A stretch of DNA of 57,885 nucleotides from an uncultured Candidatus Berkelbacteria bacterium (GCA_903954185.1 CAJBMM010000037.1:1-57885), one strand, 5' to 3'. Shown: positions 28,459-39,188, numbered from the stretch's first letter. The notes: generated by a model not told the origin, from the letters alone. Translations and numbers: made by a program.

Positions 28459-29793
28459 CTAGATGCCTGCCCGTTCGAAGATACCGTCGATGTTCCGAAG
28501 CTGCCAGTCTATATCGAAGCACTGGTCAAGGTCGTATCGAGCGACGAATCCCAGAAGGCCGCGGTCGATCATCTCGTCCTTGAGATGGCGGTTGGGCCAA
28601 GCGGCAAAGGCGCATGCCTGAACCCACTCGTAGATCGGGCGATCGACGCCGTCGAAGGGCAAAACTTCCACCCCACTCCTTATCAGCAGGTCTTTGACGT
28701 ACCCCGAGGCGGTTTGGCCTTGCGAGGCGGCGATGTTAACTAGCATGCGATCGGGAAAGAACTCGACCCCCTTGATCACGCTGGTCAACCTCACTAACAT
28801 GAAGTGCACGATGGAAGTTGCGCCGGGCCAAGCAATGCGCTCGACGCAGGATTGGCTGATGTCGCGTTCGTCTGCGGTAGCGATCATCTCTTGCGCCATA
28901 GATTGGAAACCGCGCACCGCGGCAGCCAGTCCTCTCAGGTTCTCGCCCAAGATTGGATTCTTCTTGTGTGGGGCGCGAGAAGACCCCCTCTGGTTAGCTC
29001 GGAATGGCTCGCGTGCTTCGCCTCGGCAAGATTGGCACATCAACCAGATGTTCAGAGCAACGTGCTCCAGATTAGAGGCTAGGATAGCCAGGGCAGCCAT
29101 GTACTGAGCGTGAATGTCGCGGTGGATAATCTGAGTGCCAAGGACTGGTCTTTGACCAAGTCTCCTACACGCAGCCGCCTCGAGTTGAGGAGTGAGGTTA
29201 CCGTAGACCCCAACTATCCCCGCAAACTTACCAACAGTCAGTTGCCCGCGAGCTGTACGTAGACGTTCCAAGTCGCGTTCGAGCGCCTCGATGTAGACCA
29301 CAAACTTGGCGCCCAGCGTGATTGGCTCAGCCCACTGCCCATGAGTGACGCCCATCATGGCAGTGTGCTTGTGCTCCTGTGCCCGTGTAACCAAGGCGAC
29401 CCTTAGCTTGGCCAGCTCCTTGATAATCAGATCGAGAGAGCGGACCAGTTGCAGCATGAAAGCCGGATCTTCCACGTCGTACGAGGTGACAGACTCGTGG
29501 AAGCGATTGACCATGTCTTCGGGAACGCCAGCTTTGCGAAGGCGTTCCTTCACATTCTCGATGAACGCGTTCATGTCGTGACGAAAACCACTCGGGCCCT
29601 CGTCAAGGAAAGTAATGCGCCGCACGCTATACTTGGCGGCGTCGCGAACTCGACGGTACGTGTCCCGGGTGATCTCTCTAGCCAGCATACGCGCCCACAG
29701 CACAGCCAGCTCAACGCGGAGCCATAGGCCATACTTAGTGCGCATGCTCCAGAGGTGTTTCATCTCGGGACGTGTGTAACGGTCTAGATGCAA
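28459..29793 (-). CDS. purB: adenylosuccinate lyase (GC-rich, likely acquired)
   Basis: RY..PEM..LWS, RHDMNAF, THGQWAEP, GSSRAPHKKNP, ERDISQSCVER. Confidence 0.9.
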   Translation of the reverse strand: MHLDRYTRPEMKHLWSMRTKYGLWLRVELAVLWARMLAREITRDTYRRVRDAAKYSVRRITFLDEGPSGFRHDMNAFIENVKERLRKAGVPEDMVNRFHESVTSYDVEDPAFMLQLVRSLDLIIKELAKLRVALVTRAQEHKHTAMMGVTHGQWAEPITLGAKFVVYIEALERDLERLRTARGQLTVGKFAGIVGVYGNLTPQLEAAACRRLGQRPVLGTQIIHRDIHAQYMAALAILASNLEHVALNIWLMCQSCRGEAREPFRANQRGSSRAPHKKNPILGENLRGLAAAVRGFQSMAQEMIATADERDISQSCVERIAWPGATSIVHFMLVRLTSVIKGVEFFPDRMLVNIAASQGQTASGYVKDLLIRSGVEVLPFDGVDRPIYEWVQACAFAAWPNRHLKDEMIDRGLLGFVARYDLDQCFDIDWQLRNIDGIFERAGI

Positions 29794-29939
29794 TTCTAAC
29801 CCCTCCTTTTCCGATCGACTTAGACCAAGTTGTTAGCGTGCTCCCCCGTTAGCTGTACAGCTAAAACAGGTTTACGGAGAAGCCGTTAGCATGCCTACTT
29901 TGTATCACAAAGTGATAATATGCGCAATGAAGGCAATAG

Positions 29940-30060
29940 TAACAGTTCACAACTTTGAAAAATTATTGTTCGAGGAGCTCTGAGCGACGAGAACTATCTA
30001 CCAACTAGAGTTCTCGCCGTGCTCGAACAGAAACAAGTTCTTCATAACTGTGAACTGTTA
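29940..30060. repeat. long hairpin repeat, family 2; related copy at 30748-30806
   Basis: TAACAGTTCACA...TGTGAACTGTTA enclosing TGTTCGAG..GAGAACT..AGTTCTCG..CTCGAACA. Confidence 0.7.
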
Positions 30061-30125
30061 CAGGCAATAGAAAGTATATTGTAAGCAACAAGTGACAAAT
30101 TAAGAGTGCTGGAATTATTATATAA

Positions 30126-30698
30126 TTAATCTGCCTTAACTTTTAACTTCTCACTTTTCACTTTCAACTTCTTTTCTGGCTTGTAATCTACAATAAACTC
30201 TGGCCTAGTAGCCAAACCTGTTAAGTAGCAATGAGTTAAGGCTAGCCCAATCGCATCCCAAGCATCATCGGTTTTAACATGTTCTTTTTCGAGCATTAAA
30301 ATGCGCTTAATCATCTCTTTGACTTGTTTTTTTTCTGCTTTACCATAGCCAGTCATTTGCTGTTTCATTTGCATTGGTGTGTAGCCAACCACAGCTACTC
30401 CTGCTTGCTCTGCAGAAAGCAGAATTACTCCGCGCGCCTCACCTACAGCTAGGGCTGTGGTTACGTTGCGGGCAAAAAATAGCTTTTCAATTGATATTAC
30501 ATCTGGTTTGTAAGTTCTTAGTAAGTTGGTCATGCCATCATACAAATCGGACAATCGACGCTCGGCAGTTCTGTCTTTTTCGGTGGTAATGCAGCCGTAA
30601 AAAGCATGATGATTACCACAATGCACCTCACCCCGCTCGCACTCTATCATGCCATAGCCAATGATGGCTGTTCCTGGGTCTATTCCTAATATTCTCAT
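30126..30698 (-). CDS. ruvC: Holliday junction resolvase RuvC
   Basis: MRILGIDPG, IEKLFF, GYGKAEKKQV, DDAWDA. Confidence 0.95.
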   Translation of the reverse strand: MRILGIDPGTAIIGYGMIECERGEVHCGNHHAFYGCITTEKDRTAERRLSDLYDGMTNLLRTYKPDVISIEKLFFARNVTTALAVGEARGVILLSAEQAGVAVVGYTPMQMKQQMTGYGKAEKKQVKEMIKRILMLEKEHVKTDDAWDAIGLALTHCYLTGLATRPEFIVDYKPEKKLKVKSEKLKVKAD

Positions 30699-30747
30699 TT
30701 TCCCCACTTTCAACCTGCTTTGTACACACCCGATGTACACATTTTAA

Positions 30748-30806
30748 TTATTGTTCGAACACAGTGAGAACTAACCTACGACAGTTCTCGCATCGGCTCG
30801 AACAAT
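30748..30806. repeat. hairpin repeat family 2, second copy
   Basis: ttgttcgaa..gagaact..agttctcg..ctcgaacaa. Confidence 0.6.
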
Positions 30807-30967
30807 ATTTTTTCTACTTTCCTGCCCAGTATACACCCCAACCTAGCTCGTTCATATAGCAAGTATTTATTGCGCGATCGCGCAATAAGTACTTTGTTTA
30901 AATAAGAAAGTGCAAGAAGCTGAAAAACTAAGGTGGGTGCACATTCAAATCTAATATTGATTATTAA

Positions 30968-31066
30968 GTCATTGCGAGCCATTGAGCAATGCGAAAGGCG
31001 CGACAATCTTTTATCTACTTTACTTAGATTGCTTCGTCGACTACTCTCTTCGCTCCACGCAATGAC
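30968..31066. repeat. GTCATTGCGAG...GCAATGAC palindromic element (RPE/REP-like)
   Basis: gtcattgcgag...caatct / agattgcttcg...cgcaatgac. Confidence 0.65.
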
Positions 31067-31126
31067 CGACTATGGCTGATTGGGCACGAATATAAAAATC
31101 TTATTAACGTCAGGACAATTCTTCCA

Positions 31127-31155
31127 TTGACATAACCGCACTATTATGATACTAT
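31127..31155 (+). promoter_or_regulatory. sigma70 promoter
   Basis: TTGACA-17-TACTAT with extended TG. Confidence 0.7.
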
Positions 31156-31258
31156 ATAGCTTCTAACGCAATTGTGCGCTAGAAGTACCTCACATCGGGA
31201 TATCATTCGATATCCCACTTTACGCCTGATCCCGGGCTAATGGGAGAGGAGACATACC

Positions 31259-31648
31259 GTGGCCTTTTCGGGTCTTCAACTGATTGCCTGGAAGCGCAAC
31301 ATGAGCCCACGCGAAGGTGCTGAAACCGAGTGCATTGGCCACATGCCAAACGGCACAGTGGTCTTTCCTGCTCGAATCGGTTATACCCCTGTACAGGGAG
31401 CACAGGCAACTTCTCGTACCAAAGAGACGTTACCCAGCCCAGATACCACCGAAATGTGTTGGGTGGAGCAGAAGGAAGGTCAGAACTTCGCCGCCGCGTA
31501 CCCTGCTGTTCCTAGCATACTGCGGATCTCTACAACATCGATCGTCATCGATGGAACGATTGTCGCCGTCCCTGCGCCCGAGTTCAAGGTGTCGTACCAT
31601 TATGCCGGATCTAGGTTGGTGGTGGAGATCGAGCTGAACGAGCTGTAG
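31259..31648 (+). CDS. GC-rich hypothetical protein
   Basis: GGAGAGGAG SD before GTG; has its own promoter and downstream terminator. Confidence 0.6.
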   Translation: MAFSGLQLIAWKRNMSPREGAETECIGHMPNGTVVFPARIGYTPVQGAQATSRTKETLPSPDTTEMCWVEQKEGQNFAAAYPAVPSILRISTTSIVIDGTIVAVPAPEFKVSYHYAGSRLVVEIELNEL

Positions 31649-31869
31649 CCGTACTTGTTTATTGGAATGACGGTCAGTGTCTAGTCAGGATAAATTTAGG
31701 CCGCACGCTTGCTGAAATGCCGCTGAGAGCTGAAAAATACAGCCAGGTATTTGCGTAGATAGCCGTATCCCAGCTGCTGAGAGTTGGGCATTTGCCCTTC
31801 TCAATTAGCATAAACCAGAAAAATAGCCTCCTTTTTAATAATAAACGCGTGTCAATTTAGATTGATGTG

Positions 31870-31915
31870 CGGTAACCCGGCGGTGCTTAGTCACTTGGCC
31901 GGGTTTGCCGTTTTT
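31870..31915 (+). terminator. intrinsic terminator
   Basis: CGGTAACCCGGC...GGCCGGGTTTGCCG followed by TTTTT. Confidence 0.55.
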
Positions 31916-32058
31916 ATAGGGGGTTTATTCCACCCCCTCTAACTCCCCCTCAACAAGGGGGCGAACACAAAAATCCAATTCCATGCCAATAAATATTAAT
32001 CCCGCGATAGCAGAATTAATATTTATTATATGGGTTTGCTGATCAATTTTCACCAAAC

Positions 32059-32775
32059 TCAGGCAACGTTAGTATCAATTGTAGTTACATCGTCTAATAG
32101 GTCTAAATTATCAATTAATCTATCTAATTTTACATGATCTTCATCAGAAAGCTCATGTGGTATTTTGCATATCCACTTTAAATCGGCCTCATCTACCGTA
32201 AAACCACCGTCAATTAGCCCTTGACGTACTTTTTGCAGATCGTGAGAAGACGTGATTATGCGGGTCAATTCGCCTTCTGTATCTACATCGTCTACTCCTA
32301 AATCGATAGCAGCAAGCTGAACATCATCTGATTGCTCGGGTTTATGCGATACAATAATTTGCCCCTTTTTATCGAACATGTAACTAACCGAACCCGCCTC
32401 TGCCATTCTGCCACCAAATTTATTTACTGTAGATCTGATATCGGTAAATGCGCGTAATTTATTATCAGTCAAGGCAGTAATTATTAAAGCAGAACCGCCT
32501 GGGCCGTATGCCTCGTATGTCAGCTCTTCAACCTTATTCGCACCATCGCCCTTGCCAGTACCCCGAGTAATAGCACGCTCAATATTATCTTTAGGCATAC
32601 TGGTGGCTTTAGCTTTTTCTACCGCTAAACGTAATTTAAAATTGAACTCCGGATCGCCGCCCTCGCGAGCTGCGATAGTAATCATATTTGCAATTTTGGT
32701 AAATGCAGCACCTCGACGAGCATCGGTAACAGCTTTTTGATGTTTTGTAGTGGCCCATTTAGAGTGTCCAGACAT
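32059..32775 (-). CDS. yebC: YebC/PmpR family protein
   Basis: MSGHSKW, MPKDNIERAI, YEAYGPGG, LTDN. Confidence 0.97.
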   Translation of the reverse strand: MSGHSKWATTKHQKAVTDARRGAAFTKIANMITIAAREGGDPEFNFKLRLAVEKAKATSMPKDNIERAITRGTGKGDGANKVEELTYEAYGPGGSALIITALTDNKLRAFTDIRSTVNKFGGRMAEAGSVSYMFDKKGQIIVSHKPEQSDDVQLAAIDLGVDDVDTEGELTRIITSSHDLQKVRQGLIDGGFTVDEADLKWICKIPHELSDEDHVKLDRLIDNLDLLDDVTTIDTNVA

Positions 32776-32921
32776 GAGAGACTCCTTTCTTACACTTAGG
32801 CATAATATAGCACAAAGCTAATGATCAGAGAACAGAGTTTATGGAACATTGAACTTGAAGCATGAAACTTTACAAATAATAAATTCGACATTTTTATATA
32901 TTACTGGTATAATGAGATATT

Positions 32922-34103
32922 ATGAAAAATATAAATTACGCCAAAGAGCTAGCTGATAAAGAAAGAAAAGTAAGAGTTATTTATATTGGAAGTTATATTC
33001 CGCGAGAATGTGGCATAGCTACCTTCACCAAAGACCTCACCACATCAATAAACATGCTTAACCCTCATTGTTTAGCAGAAATTGTGGCCGTAAACCCACC
33101 AAATTTAACTTACGATTACCCTTGGGAGGTAAAATATCGTTTTAATCAAGAACATCCAACCACCTATAAAAATGCCACATCATATATTAACCAATCATCT
33201 GCAGAGGTTGTGTGTTTGCAACACGAATTTGGTCTTTATGGCGGCAAATCTGGAGAAAAGATTATTCCTTTTTTAAAAACAATTAATAAACCAATTGTTG
33301 CAACTTTTCATACAATTCTGCCTAATCCAAACGATCACTACAAAAAAATACTCTCCGAGATATCATCTTTGTGCGAAGCCGTTGTAGTTATGATTAATTC
33401 AGCTGCTGAATGTTTAGTTAGAGACTATGGCGTAGATGCAAACAAAATTGTGGTAATTCCGCATGGCGTACCCGATATCGCCTTTAGCAAAGAACCCAAA
33501 AATAGACAAAAAATGGGGTTAGAAAACAAAACAATTATTGCAACTTTTGGATTGTTAAGCAGTGGGAAAGGTATTGAAAATGTAATTGAGGCAATGCCAG
33601 CTATCGTAAAAAAGATTCCAAATGCTACGTATCTACTACTAGGTCAAACTCATCCAGTTGTAAAAAGGCTTGAGGGAGAAAAATACCGACATCAGCTAGA
33701 AGAAAAGGTAAAAGCGCTAGGAATGAGCAACCATGTAAGCTACATCAATCGCTATTTATCTTTAGACGAACTAATTGCCTATCTTCAAACTATTGATATT
33801 TATATTACCCCTTACCTTAATCCCAACCAAATTACTTCTGGAACATTGGCATATGCTGTAGGCGCTGGTCTGGCTTGTATCTCTACACCATACGTTTACG
33901 CTCAAGAAGTATTAGACGGAAACAGGGGTGTGTTGGTAGATTATGCCAATAATAAAGAAATTGCCAAAGCTGTAATAGATTTATGTGAACATCCACGAAA
34001 AAAACTCTCACTGCGAAAACAGGCATACGAATACGGACGCCAAATGACTTGGGATAACGTGGCTTTAAAATATCTTGATTTGTTTACAAGTGTGATAAAG
34101 TAG
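32922..34103 (+). CDS. GT4 family glycosyltransferase
   Basis: PRECGIATF, QHEFGLYGG, FGLLSSGKGIE, TSGTLAYA. Confidence 0.9.
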   Translation: MKNINYAKELADKERKVRVIYIGSYIPRECGIATFTKDLTTSINMLNPHCLAEIVAVNPPNLTYDYPWEVKYRFNQEHPTTYKNATSYINQSSAEVVCLQHEFGLYGGKSGEKIIPFLKTINKPIVATFHTILPNPNDHYKKILSEISSLCEAVVVMINSAAECLVRDYGVDANKIVVIPHGVPDIAFSKEPKNRQKMGLENKTIIATFGLLSSGKGIENVIEAMPAIVKKIPNATYLLLGQTHPVVKRLEGEKYRHQLEEKVKALGMSNHVSYINRYLSLDELIAYLQTIDIYITPYLNPNQITSGTLAYAVGAGLACISTPYVYAQEVLDGNRGVLVDYANNKEIAKAVIDLCEHPRKKLSLRKQAYEYGRQMTWDNVALKYLDLFTSVIK

Positions 34104-34112
34104 AATAATAAG

Positions 34113-35177
34113 ATGCACAATTATAAATTTAAGATAAAACGCAATCTTCCGAGCCTAAAAACCATTTTAGCCCTAACAAATAATATTGGGATAGTTCAGC
34201 ATACGCGTTATAAAACCCCAGATTTACGACATGGATATTGTTTAGACGATAATGGACGGGCGCTGGTTTTTACCACCCGATATTTAAATTATACTAACAA
34301 AAACCGAGAAATGATTCTTAAATTATCAAACACGTATTTAAGCTACATTAACGTTTGTCAAAAACCCAATGGCTGGATGCACAATTTTATTAGTTTTGAT
34401 AATCATTTTTTAGAAAATACCGGGTCTGAAGACTCATTTGGCAGAGCAATTTGGGGATTAGGAGAATGCGCCGCAAATAGCAAAGATGAAAGTCAAAGAC
34501 AACTAGCAACTGATATTTTGTTAAATAGTTTAAACAATATTACAAAGCTAGAATCACCAAGGGCGGTAGCGTATTCTTTATTAGGCTTAAATGCTTACTA
34601 TTCTTCTTGTAAACAAGCTCATATTATCAAATATATTGAATTTGGACACAACTTACTGCTTCATAAATTTAATCATAATAGCACAAATAAATGGCCGTGG
34701 TTTGAAAATATTCTAGCATATTCTAACGCACTTTTACCATTAGCACTGTTTATGAGTGCAAAAAATTTAGATATTCCATCATCAGAGAAAGTTGCATTAA
34801 AATCCTTTGACTGGTTGCTAACACAAACCGAAGTTATGCAAGATGGTAAATCTATCCCATCGCCAATAGGAAACCGCGGCTGGTATCGTAAAAATGGCTT
34901 AAAAGCTACTTTAGATCAACAACCAATAGATGTAGCACTAACCGTTATGGCTGCTGGGCACTTTTTTCGAGCCACAAAAAATAAAATCTACCAAGACGCT
35001 GCCAATCTTTGGTTCACATGGTTTTTAGGAAATAATATCGAAAATGTAAAAGTGGCAAATTTAGACGATGGTTACAGCTATGATGGTTTACAAAGCAAAA
35101 GCACTAACCAAAACCACGGCGCCGAATCTGTAATAGCATTTTTACTGGCACAATTAGAGATATGCAAACTTAAATGA
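34113..35177 (+). CDS. six-hairpin (alpha/alpha)6 glycosidase-like protein, typical partner of this GT4 subfamily
   Basis: HGYCLDDNGRAL, EDSFGRAIWGLG, DQQPID, NQNHGAES. Confidence 0.75.
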   Translation: MHNYKFKIKRNLPSLKTILALTNNIGIVQHTRYKTPDLRHGYCLDDNGRALVFTTRYLNYTNKNREMILKLSNTYLSYINVCQKPNGWMHNFISFDNHFLENTGSEDSFGRAIWGLGECAANSKDESQRQLATDILLNSLNNITKLESPRAVAYSLLGLNAYYSSCKQAHIIKYIEFGHNLLLHKFNHNSTNKWPWFENILAYSNALLPLALFMSAKNLDIPSSEKVALKSFDWLLTQTEVMQDGKSIPSPIGNRGWYRKNGLKATLDQQPIDVALTVMAAGHFFRATKNKIYQDAANLWFTWFLGNNIENVKVANLDDGYSYDGLQSKSTNQNHGAESVIAFLLAQLEICKLK

Positions 35178-35220
35178 ACTACTCATTAACCAAGTATTCT
35201 AAAGCAATTATTTTTGAGCT

Positions 35221-37581
35221 CTATTTCATTTCGACTTGAACGTTTACGACTGTCGCATCTTTGAATAATGGTAATACGACACCATCTAGCTTATGGCCAT
35301 TAGCAATAATTTCTTTGACGCCTTTGCAAACATGATTTGGATTATTAAATTCAATGATATAGCTGCATCCTCTAAAATCACGCTTTACCTTCCATTTACT
35401 CCATTTTTTGGGCACACAAGGATCGATCAGCAGCCCTTCCAAAACTGGGCGAACTCCTAATATATAATCTGTACAAGCCCGGTAGTTCCAAGCGGCAGAT
35501 CCAGTAATCCAAGTATAAGATCCTTGACCAAATTTTGGATGTTCGGGCCCATACATATATTCTGGATATACATATGGCTCAGATTTATATTTTGGATCTC
35601 GACTACGAGTAATAAACGATGCTCTTCGCCAAATTTCGTACGCTTCATCGCCTCGCCCCAAAATACACTCTGCAATAATTGCCCAAGTTGTAGGATGTAA
35701 AAATATTGTGCCGTTTTCTTTTGTTCCGGGCGTAAACTGCGAAATAATTCCGAGTTGTGAATTTTTCTTTGTGTAAGAAGGCAAAAAGATAGTAGGACCG
35801 TATGGGGTCATTAGCTTTTTCCAAACTTGCTTCATAGCCTTAATTCCACGATCTTTGTATTGCGCAACGCCAGATATTATTGGCCAAGTTTGTCCGTTAA
35901 GGTGTATTACCCCCTCATTATTTTTGTGGCTTCCTATAGTTTTCTTTGTATCTTCAGTTGCTCTAATGTACCATTGCCCATCCCACGCGAATTTATTTAA
36001 GTTATGGGATATTCGTTCATAATGTGCAAAGTAATGTGCGGCAGCGTCCTGATCATTTCTTGCATGTAGAATAGGAATTAATTCACGTAAATTCCAACAC
36101 AACTGGTTGGCGACCATCATAGATTCACCAATTCCCTCGGAAGACCCGCTTAAAGCATCATTCCAATCGGCTTTTTGTCGTAAAGATATGCCACGATCAC
36201 TTTCACGCGCCAAGGTATAATCTAATGCTTTTATGAGATGATCGTACACTTCTCCATCGCCCCCATCATAATATGGTACGTGTTGACTTAAATAAGACAA
36301 ATCGCCTGTTTCTTTAATAAAATTTAATATCGCCATAGCCAGCCACTGCGGATCGTCTGAATGGTTGGTAACAGTACCTTTTTTATTAAATGTGTCCCAA
36401 TTGTGGACCGTCATCCCACTTTTAAATTGGTGAATTAGCAAATCATGCAAACGTTTACAATACAACTCTGTATCGTGAGGCAATATTCCATATATATGTT
36501 GAGCTTCATCTCGAAAACCAAACACTCCAGAACCAGCAATATAATAACTATCCATTTCAGACCATTGCGCAGTTACCCAACATTGATAGCGATTCCACAC
36601 ATTAACCGAAGCGTCAAAACTTTTATCGGGTGTTTCTGAGTTTAAATGACTATTATATTTTTGCCAATAGCTATTCACCTCTTTTAGCGCCATAACTATT
36701 TTATTTCGAGATAAAAATTTTTGCCTAATTTTGTGAGCCTGCTCTTCATTCTTTACCGTACCTAAAATACAATCAAACTCATGCGTCTCGTTTGGCTTTA
36801 GCACCACCTCTTGCACTAAACAAGAAATTGCATCGGCGCTATCGCCAATATGATGCGGCATCAAGCCTTCTTTTACCATATTAGGAGAACTTAAATACTG
36901 ATATTCACCTAAAAATCGCTCACGCATAGTTTCGTGACCCTCAACTGGCACATTAAGTGTGGCAAAAAATGTTTTATCCCAAGCCATAATTTTCCCATCT
37001 GGGTTATGCCAGCGACTTTTTGTGGCAAATAAAACATTTTTGTCAAACCATGTTTTGTTAAATAAGTTAACAAAACTTCTATCATCAATATCTGTCTTAA
37101 ATTCACCTAGTACCAGCTCCGAATAAGTATAAATTCGAAGTGTGCGTTGTTTTTTGGACAAATTTTTTAAATTTACCATCCAAACTTCTATATCCTCATC
37201 CATCGGCACAAAATAGGTTACATCACTTTGTAATTTGTTTGTAATAGCAGAGATTGCAGTGTAGCCTAATCCTACTCGCGCTTCGTAATATGTAAGTGGA
37301 GCAAGCGCAGGCTGCCAGTTTAGCGACCAAATTTTACCCGTTTCAACCTCGTGAACATAAACATATCTACCGGGCCGATCTTCGAATATTTCATCTCCAG
37401 GATGTTCACGGGTAATTCGATTGTAGCCCGAATCATCCACAAACGAATAACCACCGCCCGTATGTGAACATATAGCGCAATAATGACCATTTGTTAAATA
37501 GTTAATCCACGGACGCGGCGTGCTAGGATTAGTAACAATATACTCGCGCCCGTCTTCTGAAAAATGTCCCCATTTACCCAA
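35221..37581 (-). CDS. GH94 glycoside phosphorylase (cellobiose/chitobiose phosphorylase family)
   Basis: TPRPWINYL, GFRD, DWND, GTKENG, WITGSAAW. Confidence 0.9.
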   Translation of the reverse strand: MGKWGHFSEDGREYIVTNPSTPRPWINYLTNGHYCAICSHTGGGYSFVDDSGYNRITREHPGDEIFEDRPGRYVYVHEVETGKIWSLNWQPALAPLTYYEARVGLGYTAISAITNKLQSDVTYFVPMDEDIEVWMVNLKNLSKKQRTLRIYTYSELVLGEFKTDIDDRSFVNLFNKTWFDKNVLFATKSRWHNPDGKIMAWDKTFFATLNVPVEGHETMRERFLGEYQYLSSPNMVKEGLMPHHIGDSADAISCLVQEVVLKPNETHEFDCILGTVKNEEQAHKIRQKFLSRNKIVMALKEVNSYWQKYNSHLNSETPDKSFDASVNVWNRYQCWVTAQWSEMDSYYIAGSGVFGFRDEAQHIYGILPHDTELYCKRLHDLLIHQFKSGMTVHNWDTFNKKGTVTNHSDDPQWLAMAILNFIKETGDLSYLSQHVPYYDGGDGEVYDHLIKALDYTLARESDRGISLRQKADWNDALSGSSEGIGESMMVANQLCWNLRELIPILHARNDQDAAAHYFAHYERISHNLNKFAWDGQWYIRATEDTKKTIGSHKNNEGVIHLNGQTWPIISGVAQYKDRGIKAMKQVWKKLMTPYGPTIFLPSYTKKNSQLGIISQFTPGTKENGTIFLHPTTWAIIAECILGRGDEAYEIWRRASFITRSRDPKYKSEPYVYPEYMYGPEHPKFGQGSYTWITGSAAWNYRACTDYILGVRPVLEGLLIDPCVPKKWSKWKVKRDFRGCSYIIEFNNPNHVCKGVKEIIANGHKLDGVVLPLFKDATVVNVQVEMK

Positions 37582-37694
37582 TGCCTTTTCCTCCTATATT
37601 TATATTATACGATAATTAACGCTATTCAAATTTTACATTCTAAATACAAATAATTTCTTTTGCATTTTAGAAATTGAATTGATAACATGAATAC

Positions 37695-38252
37695 ATGCAT
37701 ACAATTACACCAGCTATCAGAAACACAGTAAACCATTACTCTGTTGATAGTGGCACCAAGGCGGGTATTTTACGTATTTTTGAAGAATGCGGCGTATTAA
37801 AATCTAATCAAGAGCTACGCTCGCTTAACGAGCGCGAACAAGGATGGTTTCACAAAGGCTTTGAGCATTATATAGATGATCACGAGCACCCGGTGCGATC
37901 ATTACATAATCCACACCATTGGGGAAAATGGATATACTTTCTTTCATTGTTTTATTATTTATCTTTAGTTGCATGGATAACTTTGCTAGCAAATGCGGCC
38001 GTGCAAGAAAATGCCGTAGTGGTTTGGTCTAAAGTATGGCCATGGGTTGGTATTGCCTCTATATTTAATGTAGCCCTAACTTTTTATGGCATAAGCTTAG
38101 AAATTAAAGCCTTTAAAGGACAATTTACTTACTCACATAAGATAGTGGCAACTTTGGCAATTATCGTCCTAGTAATTGCAATTGCGGGAAATATTATCAC
38201 CCCCTTAATTGGTAGTGCAGATATCGTATCACCATTTATGATTTCTAAATAA
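37695..38252 (+). CDS. hypothetical membrane protein (3 TM)
   Basis: 185-aa ORF with hydrophobic C-terminal helices. Confidence 0.7.
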   Translation: MHTITPAIRNTVNHYSVDSGTKAGILRIFEECGVLKSNQELRSLNEREQGWFHKGFEHYIDDHEHPVRSLHNPHHWGKWIYFLSLFYYLSLVAWITLLANAAVQENAVVVWSKVWPWVGIASIFNVALTFYGISLEIKAFKGQFTYSHKIVATLAIIVLVIAIAGNIITPLIGSADIVSPFMISK

Positions 38253-38281
38253 TTGACAAATGTGCTTGTTATAAGTATAAT
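38253..38281 (+). promoter_or_regulatory. consensus sigma70 promoter
   Basis: TTGACA-17-TATAAT. Confidence 0.8.
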
Positions 38282-38388
38282 TTGGGCGATCTAATAGATC
38301 GTTCTTTTAAAGTAGATGAAGTTGCGTTGAGATCACCTTTTCAACGCGGCACACGCCGCACGCTGCATGGCAAAGGAGGTACTGAGCC

Positions 38389-39174
38389 ATGATACCCAGA
38401 AGACGTACCGGATTTACCCTGATCGAACTACTGGTGGTTATCGCGATCATCGCCATTCTGGCGGCGATCCTCTTCCCCGTCTTTGCGCAGGCCCGCGAGC
38501 AGGCACGCAAGACCAGTTGCCTCAGCAACATGAAGCAGCTTGGGCTTGGCGTGCTGATGTACGTGCAAGACTACGATCAGCGCTCACCCCACGGCTGGGC
38601 CGACGACTGCGGATTTACCGTCCCCAGCGGCTGGCCGTATTGGAGCTGGGGCTGCGGCCCCGAAGTCTCCTGGCGCTGGATGATCTCGCCGTACGTGAAG
38701 AATGGCGGGCTTTACACCTGCCCCAGTTTTGAGCAGCCGGATGAGCCCCTATGGCGCTATATCCGCGATGAGGTCGAGGCCAAGATCCACCGCAGCTACG
38801 CTCTGAACTACAGCATGGCTCACTGGTGGTGCCCCGGCAACAAGATGGACAACTGCATCCGGCCTGCAAGTTCTATCATGATCACCGAGAGCCGCGAGTG
38901 GAATGCTGACTGGGCGATGGGCATGGTGTCGGGCCGCGCATGGTTCGACGGCTCTAAGGGCCTCATGACCACGCACAGCGGCGTCAGCAACTTCACCTTC
39001 TACGACGGCCACGCCAAGGCCATGCGGTTGAAGGCGACGTTCGGCAACCTGAGTTACTGCGAGTCCTGTACACCAAGCGACGACCAGCTTTGGGCTTGGT
39101 GGAACGGCGGCGACTGGGAGCACCCCAGCTGGCTGCGCAACCAGATCGCCAACATGGCGCCAGAGTACCAGTAA
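38389..39174 (+). CDS. prepilin-type N-terminal cleavage/methylation protein with H-X9-DG motif (DUF1559-like), GC-rich
   Basis: [46 protein letters not shown]...Y.QDYD; [13 protein letters not shown]; AAGGAGG SD. Confidence 0.92.
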   Translation: MIPRRRTGFTLIELLVVIAIIAILAAILFPVFAQAREQARKTSCLSNMKQLGLGVLMYVQDYDQRSPHGWADDCGFTVPSGWPYWSWGCGPEVSWRWMISPYVKNGGLYTCPSFEQPDEPLWRYIRDEVEAKIHRSYALNYSMAHWWCPGNKMDNCIRPASSIMITESREWNADWAMGMVSGRAWFDGSKGLMTTHSGVSNFTFYDGHAKAMRLKATFGNLSYCESCTPSDDQLWAWWNGGDWEHPSWLRNQIANMAPEYQ

Positions 39175-39188
39175 CCGCCCCAAACAGC

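Noticed and set aside
28396-29727. Plus-strand ORFs overlapping purB; overlapping ORFs around 38307-39497
   Set aside because: Shadow frames of GC-rich genes with no motifs or SD support.
21481-30112. CIRCE elements near chaperone genes
   Set aside because: Only isolated half-sites (ttagcac at ~21484, gagtgct at ~30104); no full inverted repeat with N9 spacing.
31700-31800. TPP riboswitch (GCTGAGA motif)
   Set aside because: Lacks the ACCTGAT...TAAT...GCGTAGGGA core arrangement and lies 3' of a gene.
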